DNA of 60,219 nt, the filler included, from Dugesia japonica (taxonomy: Eukaryota): the NCBI GenBank assembly GCA_001938525.1. It is 6 parts of 6 records of this genome, joined end to end, with 100 filler letters (N's around TTAATTAATTAA, not from the genome) between each part and the next. Parts side by side here need not be neighbours in the genome. Positions count along the whole stretch, not along the records: positions 1 to 8,943 come from MQRL01629775.1; 5 more parts are not named here. One strand, 5' to 3'. A program made the translations under genes and the position numbers. The notes below the pieces were generated by a model. It did not search any database and was not told the origin of the DNA. It saw nothing but the letters and a program-made list of their open reading frames with translations. This document shows positions 1 to 8,999 of this stretch, one piece after another (position 1 is the first letter of the stretch; every line of letters starts with the position of its first letter).

Positions 1-63
1 ACATAAAAAGGCGTGAACGGTGATTGCGTCACTTCCGAGCTCGACCCTGCCTAACTATCTACT
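1..63 (-). mobile_element. Polinton/Maverick-type terminal inverted repeat end (right terminus of an element lying left of the window)
   Basis: The reverse complement reads AGTAGATAGTTAGG...CGGAAGTGACGCAATCACCGTTCACGCCTTTTTATGT and aligns without gaps to 59805-59867 (46/63 identical, 33/37 in the inner part). 5'-AG/AGT termini are typical of Polintons. Confidence 0.6.
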
Positions 64-483
64 AATATAGATGGAACAGAAACTCCTTAAGATGTTGAGA
101 TTTATTTAAATAAATTTGTTAGTCCTATTCCAACAAATAGTGATTATTGTAATATTTTAAAAAGAAAATTTAGAAGAGTAGATATTGCTGTAAAACCTAA
201 AAGAAAAAAAGAAACAATACTTAAATCAGAATCTAAATCTAATTTAAAACCTAAATCAGAATAAGAATCTAAATCAGAATATATGTCAGAAAAAACTAGT
301 GAATCAGAAGGAAATGCTCTCAATCCTTTGAGTTTATTTGAAAAGTTAACATTATTAATTTCAGCAGCAAAATCTGGGCATGATAATGTAAATGAAGAAA
401 TTAAAAAGACATGTAAAAAATTAAAGATGATGGGTTTAATATCTAACAAGATTTATAATAAATATAAAAAGAAATACTTATAA
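64..483 (+). pseudogene. Polinton protein with a C-terminal helical domain, 5'-truncated
   Basis: The frame of ORF 283-483 runs back to 64 with two stops. The C-terminus NPLSLFEKLTLLISAAKSGHDNVNEEI resembles the 'NP..L.ERL.LL.A...AG...V.NEI' motif I recall from invertebrate Polintons. Confidence 0.6.
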
Positions 484-500
484 TACTTATAAGAAATAAA

Positions 501-623
501 TATAAAAATAAATATGCCCACGAAGTGGGCTTTGTTAAATGATGGATGTTAAATGATGGATTTTAGATTTTAGATTTTAGGGTTTAACAAAACCCACTTC
601 GTGGGTTATATTTTTTATTTATA
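501..623. repeat. Intergenic inverted repeat (~40-bp arms), each arm containing a GAA-triloop mini-hairpin
   Basis: 501-539 matches the reverse complement of 583-623. Hairpins are GCCCAC-GAA-GTGGGC (516-530) and AACCCAC-TTC-GTGGGTT (591-607). Confidence 0.85.
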
Positions 624-625
624 AA

Positions 626-1405
626 ATGTCACATCAATTCTTAGTAGTTGGAAAAGAACAAGATTTAAGATTAGATTTAAGATTTCCTTTAGAATTAGAT
701 TCAGAATATGAACTTGGATTAATTGTTTTTTCATGTTACAATATTTTTTTTAACATAACAAATTTAAATAATAAATTTATTGTTAATATTAAAGAAGCTA
801 AAATTGAACCTGGATCATATGAAGTAAAAGTAATATCAGAGAAATTAAAAAAATATGAAATAGAAGTTATACCCGACACAGCAACAGCAAAATGTGAAAT
901 GAAAATAAAAAAACATTAACTTTTGATGATAAATCTTTCTTCCATAAAATTTTAGGTTTCGATGTAAAAACTTATCAACCAGGAGAATATTTCTCAGAAA
1001 ATAAAATTGACATTTCAAATATTAACACAATAAATATAACTTGTAATATTGTTAAAGGTAANNNNNNNNNNNNNNNNNNNNNNNNNNNNNNNNNNNNNNN
1101 NNNNNNNNNNNGACATTTCAAATATTAACACAATAAATATAACTTGTAATATTGTTAAAGGTAATTATGTAAAATCTCAAATAGGTGAAACCGAACAAAT
1201 AAATCTTTTATATTCATTTCCAATTAACACAGTTGGTTTAGGATATAAAATTCTTGAAAGACCAACATCAACAATTTATTCTAAAATTAACACAAATTAC
1301 ATTTCAAGTTTAAAATTTAATGTTGTAGATGAACATTTTAACACATTAGATTTTAACCAAGAAATAATTACAATTTTAGTTCATTTACGTAAGTATAGAT
1401 TATAA
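626..1405 (+). pseudogene. Polinton minor capsid protein (penton, single jelly-roll); one frameshift plus a gap-overlap artefact
   Basis: YELGLIVFSCYN..NI, IEPGSYEV, then after a frameshift in the A-run at ~907-913 TFDDKSFFHKILGF..YFSENKIDISNINTINITCNIVKG, then LYSFP..GYKILERP..IY..LKFNVVDE..LDFNQEIITILVHLR. 1009-1062 is duplicated at 1112-1163 across the N gap. Confidence 0.88.
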
Positions 1406-1408
1406 GAA

Positions 1409-1835
1409 ATGACATCTTACAATTTAATTGATTTCTTAAAAACATTTGGAATTAACACAACAAATTTTGATTTATATTCAATTGCAGACTTTTTACAAAT
1501 GGATTTAGAAATTTATATGAAAAGTGAAATACCTAAAAATTTAAAAGAAACGAATTACATTTTTAATTATCAAAATTCAAATCAAAAAAGAAACTCATTG
1601 GGTAGCATATTCTAACACATTTTATTTTGACTCTTTTGGTTTAAAACCTTTAGAAGGACTCGCTAGAGTCACCACGAAATATAATAAAATTCAAGTGCAA
1701 CATTTTGGTACTAAAATTTGTGGTATCTTGTGTATTTATTTTTTATATAAACTGGAGCGAAGTGATTTTGATGAAATAATTTTAGAGATGAAAAATTTAA
1801 CTAATTCCTTATTAGAAAAGGGATACAATGAATAA
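1409..1835 (+). pseudogene. Adenain-like (adenovirus C5 family) maturation cysteine protease; one frameshift
   Basis: After a frameshift in the A-run at ~1584-1589 the frame reads ETHWVAYSNTFYFDSFGLKP...IQVQHFGTKICGILCIYFL...GYNE*. His, Asp, Gln and Cys catalytic motifs are all present. The C-terminal half is missing from the ORF track. Confidence 0.9.
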
Positions 1836-2118
1836 GTTTGGAGAAAGTATATTTAATTTAAATACTTCGCAAATATTAAAAAGTGTTGATGCTAAAATTA
1901 GAATGTCAAATGCAGAAAATGAAAATAAATATGTAAATGAAACGGGTGACACAATTACATGTTTAAAAATAACAGAAGAGCCTAAAGATTTAAATGATGC
2001 AGTTAATTTAAAATATATAAAACTATTAGAAGACAAAATAGACAAACTTTTTAAAATTGATAATTTACAATCTAAGTTAAATGATAAAAACTGTAACAAA
2101 GAACATTTGATAAAATAA
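1828..2118 (+). CDS. Polinton fibre-like protein, N-terminal part
   Basis: Starts MNKFG and contains VNETGDTI and EPKDLNDAVNLKYI, a P..D.DAVN.KY motif of fibre or adhesin stalks. Coiled coil follows. A homologue sits in the same position after the protease at 18470. Confidence 0.55.
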   Translation: MNKFGESIFNLNTSQILKSVDAKIRMSNAENENKYVNETGDTITCLKITEEPKDLNDAVNLKYIKLLEDKIDKLFKIDNLQSKLNDKNCNKEHLIK

Positions 2119-2295
2119 ACTATAAAATTAAAAGATTAAGATTTGAAGTTTTTCCATTTAAAAGAAGTGATTTAACATTTCGCTAAAAAATTAGATTATG
2201 ATTTAAGTAAAAAAATTAAAAAAGAAATTCTAATATTAAATAATAAAATTAATAAATTAGATGATGATTTAGATAAGAAAACATTTGACCGGTAT

Positions 2296-3462
2296 GTGAC
2301 ACATATTGATAATATTAAATTCTATATAGAAAAATTTAAACCTATAATTTTAAAAATAGTTGAAGAAATAAAAATAATAAAACCAAAACTTCACAAAATA
2401 CAAATTGACAGAATTGAAGTTTTATTTAAAACTTTTAAAGAAACACTTTCAAATTCAGCACATGATAATTTAAGAAAATTACTTGATAATTATTTAGTAT
2501 ATATTTTTTTGTCAGGTGTTAATGCAATATTTTCAATTATCTGTTATGAAAAAAATCAAACTAATCCACATTTTCATATTAAAGATAAACATGTAAAGAA
2601 TTTTGATTTTATAAGTAAGGGTAAAATGAAAAATGATTATTTCTATCTTGAAGAACCTTTTGAAATATATTTAAATACAAACATTAATGAAAAACTTTGT
2701 ATATATATAGGAGGTTATTGTGAAATTAAAACATTTACATATGTCATTAGAATTAATAATACTGCAGCATCATTTGTTTATATGAAACCTAAAGATAATA
2801 CTTTTAAAATTTACAAAGAAAGCAGTGAAATTAATAAAGATACAAATATAAACTATATTGTAATAATTTTACCAAAAGATATTTATTTTAATCATGTAAT
2901 CATTGAAATATATAGATTTAAAATTTTAAATGAATTAATTAAAGAATTTGAAAAAATAAAACCTTACTTACATAAAATTTTTGTTGATAAAATTAGTGGT
3001 TTATTTAAAACTAATTCATTTAAAGAAATAAAAGGATTAATTGATAATTACTAACCTTATGATAATACACCTAGTAATGAAATATTTTCAATTACTTATA
3101 ATGTAAAAGATAATCTTCCTAAATTTTCTGTTATGGATAAATATGTTAATAATTTAGATTTTAAAAGAAAAGGTAAATTTATAGAATCTATTATTTTACA
3201 TACAACAAATATTAATAGAAAAATTAGTATAAATATAGATTGTTATTTTTATGAAATTGAAAAATTTACATACATCATTAGAATTAATCATTTTTCAGTA
3301 TCTTTTGTTTATATGAAACCTGAAAATAATACTATTAAAATTTATAGAGAAAGCACTGAAATTAGTAAAGATAAAAATATAAATTATATTGTAATAATTT
3401 TACCACCACTTGAACAACAAAATTATTTTGAAATGTTTAAGTGTAAAATTTTATTCTTATAA
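2296..3462 (+). pseudogene. Polinton accessory or receptor-binding-like protein with a tandemly duplicated domain; one in-frame stop at 3052-3054
   Basis: ORFs 2296-3054 and 3133-3462 share a frame, linked by *PYDNTPSNEIFSITYNVKDNLPKFSV. Internal repeat FTYVIRINNTAASFVYMKPKDNTFKIYKESSEINKDTNINYIVIILP versus FTYIIRINHFSVSFVYMKPENNTIKIYRESTEISKDKNINYIVIILP. Confidence 0.65.
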
Positions 3463-3463
3463 A

Positions 3464-4105
3464 ATGGAAGACAAAATATATCCTGGTTTACATGAAGATT
3501 ATACAATTTTAGATTTAAAAAATAAACTGTCGATGTCTAGAATTAGAGATTTTGAAAATGACCTTTTCTTTATAAAAGATAAAATTAAAAATTATAAAAA
3601 TATACATAAAAGATGGGAAATAATAGATTCAGGTATAAAATATACACAAATATTTGTTAGTGTTGAAATTGGAAATGGTGGTATAATTTTAATTACTCCA
3701 GATGGAGTTGCGCTTACAACAATTGGCTTACCAATAATTACTGGCGCAATTTCCGTGTTATCTGTAATTGGAACATTAAATTCTTCTTTAATAAGATCAA
3801 GAAAANAAAGATATGAAAAGTTAATAAGAAAACTTGAATGTGTTAAAAATAAATTATTTCTATTTCAACAGAAAGCCGATAATGATGAAATTTTAACTGA
3901 TGATGAAATTGCTATTAGTAAAAATATGGTAAATGAAGTTCATGAACTAATAACGGCAACAAAAAATGAAAAGTCTAAGAAGACAGATGAAAGTTTAAAA
4001 ATGTTAGTGCAAAATCAAACAAAGATTATTAATGAAATGAAATCGAAACTTAGGATCTCCTTAAACAAATTATCTAACATTTCATCATATTTCCTATTAA
4101 TGTAA
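3464..4105 (+). CDS. Polinton membrane protein (coiled coil, Gly-rich hydrophobic hairpin, coiled coil)
   Basis: ATG at 3464 gives MEDKIYPGLH. Hydrophobic stretch IFVSVEIGNGGIILITPDGVALTTIGLPIITGAISVLSVIG and C-terminal KADNDEILTDDE fit a layout common in invertebrate Polintons. Confidence 0.7.
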   Translation: MEDKIYPGLHEDYTILDLKNKLSMSRIRDFENDLFFIKDKIKNYKNIHKRWEIIDSGIKYTQIFVSVEIGNGGIILITPDGVALTTIGLPIITGAISVLSVIGTLNSSLIRSRKXRYEKLIRKLECVKNKLFLFQQKADNDEILTDDEIAISKNMVNEVHELITATKNEKSKKTDESLKMLVQNQTKIINEMKSKLRISLNKLSNISSYFLLM

Positions 4106-4824
4106 AAATAATTATATTTAGTTTTCCAGTGAAGATTTACCTCATAATCATATTCTAACTTATTACTGAAAATATTTGAAAACAATTCATGATAAACATT
4201 ATCTCTATCAGTTTTATTTAACTTAAAGAAAATGTAACAATTCGAATTATTCCTGATAGAGTTTTTATCTAAATGATAATATGTTTGTGAAATGTAAAGC
4301 ACATTACAATTTGAATGTCTACCTCTTGTAAAATCACTTTTTTGAATTTCTTGATTCTTTTCATTAACTACATCATCAAATATTATTAAGTTTTTCTTTT
4401 CCTTAGAAAGTTTGTCACAAGAAATTATTTCATTAGGTTTATTACTTAATGTTACAATTATAGATCTTGGTTTTCTAACTACTAATTTTTTCTGAAGATA
4501 ATATTGAACAACTTGATGTGGAGTAGTATATGTCTTTGGAACTATACTTTGTTTTTCAAACATTAAAATAATTTCTTCTTTAGTTAATCCATTTTCAAAA
4601 CCAATGTAAAGTAATTGTATTTCAAATTGATTAATTGTTGTTGAATAAAAAATAAAAACATTGTAATCTAAAAATTCTGGTGTTAATAACATTTTCATTA
4701 ATATAACATTTTTCCCACAACCTGAAGATCCAATCATTAAAAGTCCAAAATTATTAGGTAACACTTTATTATTAAAACTTGTAATATTATTATTCCAGAT
4801 CAGTGGAACTGTGGTTTCACTCAT
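4015..4824 (-). CDS. A32/FtsK-HerA-family genome packaging ATPase
   Basis: Walker A GSSGCGKN, Walker B LIIFDD, arginine finger FTRGRHSN, then YISQ and IRNN. Probable start MSETT at 4824. Confidence 0.93.
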   Translation of the reverse strand: MSETTVPLIWNNNITSFNNKVLPNNFGLLMIGSSGCGKNVILMKMLLTPEFLDYNVFIFYSTTINQFEIQLLYIGFENGLTKEEIILMFEKQSIVPKTYTTPHQVVQYYLQKKLVVRKPRSIIVTLSNKPNEIISCDKLSKEKKNLIIFDDVVNEKNQEIQKSDFTRGRHSNCNVLYISQTYYHLDKNSIRNNSNCYIFFKLNKTDRDNVYHELFSNIFSNKLEYDYEVNLHWKTKYNYFYINRKYDEMLDNLFKEILSFDFISLIIFV

Positions 4825-4846
4825 TTTTATATGACATATTTTAGCT

Positions 4847-5097
4847 TCAACCTTTTTTATATAATTGAAGCATTTCTTGAAGTCTAAATAAACATTTATC
4901 TGACCCATCACTCATTTTATTATATTTTAAATTTTCTATGTAAAATTTTACATCTAACAATTCTTTCTTCTTATCTATTAATTCTGTTAATTCTCTCTGG
5001 TAAAATTCACATTCATAATCATATTCACTTTTAAACATTTTAATCTTGTTTCTTCTATTTCTTTCGTAACATTTTTTAATTCTTTATCAACATCCAT
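4847..5097 (-). pseudogene. Small coiled-coil Polinton protein, frameshifted
   Basis: MDVDKELKNVTKEIEETRLK (ATG 5097) joins FKSEYDYECEFYQRELTELIDKKKELL with one frameshift near 5040. Confidence 0.45.
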
Positions 5098-5158
5098 TTT
5101 AGTATTTTGGATTTTAATCGGCGGAGCCGTGGTTTCACCGAACCATAACCTCCTTTTT

Positions 5159-6445
5159 TTATAAAGCTGATTTCTGAAGTTCGTTCGAATAAAATCTTCC
5201 CAATATTTTGTTACTGTTAAGATTTGAAATTTCAAATGTAAATGGGTTACGAAATATTTTAGTTATAATATAAATATTTTTTGACCATTTAAAAGTATAA
5301 CCTTTAGGAAATGTTTTTCCTATTTTAGTAATTCGTACACGATCTCCTATTTTAAACTTTAAGGTTTCATTGTTATCTTTTTTGTTTTTTATAATAATAT
5401 TTTCTGGATTTTTTGTTGCTTCTTGAGGTGTAATATTAATTGTTAAGTGTATTGTGTTATTGTAATCATTTACAATTTTCTCTAAAAGCTCTAAAGTAAT
5501 ATTTTGATTCCCAACGGTAGTAAAATGTTTAAAGAGCTTGTTTTTAAATGTTCTATTAAATCTTTCAATTACAACTGCTTTACCTTGATTTTCGGTTGAA
5601 TACATTTCAATGTTATTTTCTTCACAAAAATATTTAAAATGTTTATTGTAAAATTCTTTACCTTTATCAACCCATAATTTATTTGGAGTTCTAAAACTTT
5701 TAGTTAAAATGTTTTCAAAAGCTTTTGTTGTTGCTAGTCCAGTTTTACTTTTAGAAAGTTTGACAAATGCAAATCTTGTGTAAAGATCTATAACTGTTAA
5801 TATTACATTTTTACCTTTTCGTTCGATGCCTTGAAATATTAAATCTGCAGACTAAATATCATCTTTATCGTGTACAATTAATTTTCTAAAATGTTTTGGC
5901 TTTCTATAATCTTTATGAAGTTCTTTACTTTTAATTTCATTTGGATTAATTTCATCATCAGATTCTTCAATAATAATTTTACTTTTTCTATTTAAACTTT
6001 TACCAATCATTATTTTACCTTTCATAGCTAATTTTACAAGAGCCCTTTGAAATTTTTCTGTTGTAGTTGGATTTTCAATATTATTCAAATCATGTATTAA
6101 ATTTAAATCTGCGATGTGGCGATCTCTAATATCTTCTGAATTATATGTAATGTCGTGTTTTAAAGCTGCTGCATCAACTTGATTAATTGGTTCTTCTCCT
6201 AGATTTGACTCGAGATTTTCGTTTAATCTAATATCTAATCTAGTTCCAGGACCGGTATAATTATGACCAAACAAGTGTCTTTCACCTTCATATTTTTCTG
6301 TAGTAATTGGTTTTAATAATGTTGATATTACTTTTGAATTTTGTAAATCGCCTCTTTTATGTTTGCATGTTTTTAAATGTCTTGATTTATTTTTCTTTAA
6401 AATTATTTTACCACAATCTTCACACATAAAATTTTTAGATGACAT
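5159..6445 (-). pseudogene. C2H2 zinc finger / parvovirus-VP1-type phospholipase A2 / retroviral-type (rve) integrase fusion, 428 codons, one TAG at 5852-5854
   Basis: One frame: CEDCGKIILKKNKSRHLKTCKH; GHNYTGPGT...VDAAALKHDITY; ELHK...DDI*SADL (expected W-SADL), LTVIDLYTRF, LWVDKGKEFYN, IERFNRT, YNNTIH, FKIGDRVRI, GRFYSNELQK. Confidence 0.88.
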
Positions 6446-6449
6446 TTCT

Positions 6450-7772
6450 TTAACATTTAATATCAAGACCTCTAACATTTTCCACCGTAACAATTTTACT
6501 GTTTGCTAATTTCATTTCTACATGTTTTTCTTCGAGTATGCACCAATAAACAATTACATTAAAATCTGGATCCTTTTTAATTTTAAGTGTAACATCAACA
6601 TTATTAATATTCATTTTATCATCATGTGAGCTAGCATCGAAANAAAACAGTGGATAAAGATTTCCAAAATCTAAAAGTGATAATTGAGGTTCTGTAAAAA
6701 ATTCACGACAACATTTTACATATTCTAAATAAGGATGTGCCATCTCATTTCTTTCCATATCAAATTTACATTCATTGGCTGGATAATTACAATTGTTTAA
6801 TTGCAGTTGTATACCTTTAACATAATAATCTTTAGGAACTTTTTCTTTCTTTTCATTTTCAACATTTCTTGTAATTTTCTGGATAAATAAATTATTATTG
6901 ATTTGATGTAAGATTTCAATTTGTTTAAAACAAATTAAAATATATCTGGGTTGATATGCTAAGCTACCAATTTTAATTGAATAATATCCACCAGTTCCTA
7001 AGTTTGTTTTTCCTGTTATTCTATTTAAATAAGAAATTTTTATTGGTTTATTTGTTAGAATTCTTTATAACATAAACAATTCTGTTTTTGGTAATAATCT
7101 ATATTCTGGAATGTGTAATTCAAGTGTTAATAATTTTAAATTAGCCGTTGCGTCTTTTTCTTCATAAAATAATAGTTTATCTTCAATTTGACGATTACAT
7201 CTAATTTCTATCGATGTGTTATATAAAAGTCGATTATAATTTTGCATAAAACCTAGTAAGTTTTTTAATTGAAAAAATCCTTCAAATTTCTTTTTCTTAT
7301 AAAGTTTTTTTCTTGTATAATAACCAAGATTACATTCCCAATTTGTTACTTCAGTATCTCTATTATTTATATCGGGTATCCAACCTGACAATTGTCCATA
7401 TTCTTTTTTCCAAGTTTCAGTTGTAGTTATTAAATTTAACATTGTACTTATTACACCTGGATCATTTATTGTTTCGACTTCTGATGAACCAAGAAATAAT
7501 CTGATTGAATTAAACATACTTGGAAACCAATTATTTTCTAAAGTTATTTTTTTATCTTTCGATGCTTCTGGAATTGTAATCTCAATTGTAAAGTATAATA
7601 ATGAATTACAAATATCAAGTGGATTTTTAGATTGGAGAGATTTAAATACTATGTCACCACTTGCGTTTAGTTTGTTTATTGTTCTAGATGATGGAGAAAT
7701 TATTAATGTATAATTTTTAATTGCTGTATGTGAAAATTCAATATTATTATCTAAATCTATCACCGTGTTCAT
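6450..7772 (-). pseudogene. Polinton major capsid protein (double jelly-roll), 440 codons, one TAA at 7065-7067
   Basis: ORFs 7065-7772 and 6450-6758 are in frame. Motifs: FNSIRLFLGSSEVE..DPGVISTM, LKNLLGFMQNYNRLLYN, ELHIPEY, QPRYILICFK, LNNCNYP, YLEY, PLFxFDAS. Confidence 0.92.
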
Positions 7773-7833
7773 TTATTAGAGAAATTTTTTAGCGGCGTGT
7801 GTTTTTTTTATTTTGCGTTACTTTAAGCCTTAT

Positions 7834-7918
7834 ATTACATTACTATAAACCTTACTATAAACCTTACATTACGTTACATTACATTACTATAAACCTTACA
7901 TTACATTACGTTACATTG
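7834..7918. repeat. Short composite tandem repeat upstream of the major capsid gene
   Basis: ACTATAAACCTT occurs three times among ACATT/ACGTT pentamers. Confidence 0.7.
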
Positions 7919-8880
7919 CTGCATCGTGTATGGTTTTTTCATTCTTATAAAAAAATTATCATAATCAATTTCACCATTATCATTTATTTTTTTAATTGGT
8001 ACTTTAGTTGGTGCTTTGATTGGTGCTTTCTTTTCAAATCTATCAATTACAGAAATTAAACTTCCATGTGAATTTCTTTGTAAATTTCTAGAAGGATTCC
8101 ATGATCTAGTGTTATATTCAATGTTCCATTTCTTNNNNNNNNNNNNNNNNNNNNNNNNNNNNNNNNNNNNNNNTTTACAAAAATTTTGTATTGAGTTATT
8201 TTTAAAATTATATTCATTTAACATTTTATAGAAAACTGTATCCATTTTTATTGTTTTAATTTAGCATAGGCTCTTTTTACTCCAGTAATTTCTTCTTTAG
8301 CTGGTACACGAGTAAATTTTTCTGTTGAAAGCTTTTTAGTTTTTGCTCTTTCACTTAAAATAGCATAGCGTTTTGAAGTTAAATTTAATTTTTTATTTTT
8401 ATCTTCTGAATGAATTACTAAAATAACACCATCAACTTTTTGTGGCTTTAATTCTTGATTATGTTTTAATAAAACCTTATTGTGTTCATCTCTCTCTTTC
8501 TGCCATTCATATTGCTGTTCATTAATAATCTTTATATAAGCGTTTTTCTCTTCATTTAATGATTTAACCAATAAACCTCGACTTTCGCTTTGTACATATT
8601 TTGTAATAATTAAAGTCATTACCTTTTTAAATAAATTTTTATTTTCTTCTTCTAAATGTATTTCATCTAATTTTTCATATAATTTATAAAGATAATCCAA
8701 ATAACGTTTTGCAGTTTCATGTGAAAGTTCGCAATTTAAATATTCTTTTATTTCATCTAAATTTGACTCATCAAAACTCTCAAAACTCTTTATTGAATTT
8801 ACTAATGTACGTAAAGTTAACTCACTCACCACTTTTTCCTTTTCATCAACTTTTTTTCTGGAACAACTTTTTCTGTGCAC
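7901..8880 (-). CDS. Polinton accessory ORF(s) of unknown function (8248-8880 coiled coil; 7901-8245 spans a gap)
   Basis: Long charged helical ORFs co-oriented with the major capsid gene and only 2 nt apart. No recognised motif. Confidence 0.5.
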
Positions 8881-8987
8881 TCATTTTCTAAAGAATTAAT
8901 TTAAACCTTTTTTTATTATTCCTCTTAAATGGTCATTTTAAATNNNNNNNNNNNNNNNNNNNNNNNNNNNNNNNNNNNNNNNNNNNN

Positions 8988-8999
8988 TTAATTAATTAA
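8988..8999. other. Artificial scaffold-joining linker TTAATTAATTAA (also 17967-17978, 29408-29419, 38341-38352, 48308-48319)
   Basis: Identical six-frame-stop 12-mer flanked by N runs on both sides, five times. Confidence 0.97.

Larger units (their letters stand above)
64..8943. mobile_element. Endogenous Polinton/Maverick (adintovirus-like) virus, internal region with morphogenesis and integration modules
   Basis: Tightly packed intronless genes for minor capsid, adenain protease, A32/FtsK-type ATPase, rve integrase, PLA2 and major capsid, in two convergent blocks. pPolB is not on this scaffold. Confidence 0.95.

Noticed and set aside
1009-1163. Internal duplication in the minor capsid gene
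   Set aside because: Identical sequence on both sides of an N gap indicates unmerged contig overlap.
3052-7067. Programmed readthrough or an alternative genetic code explaining the in-frame stops
   Set aside because: The stops are mixed TAA and TAG, the same codons end genes normally, and the TAG is one change from the expected Trp codon. Mutation or sequencing error is simpler.
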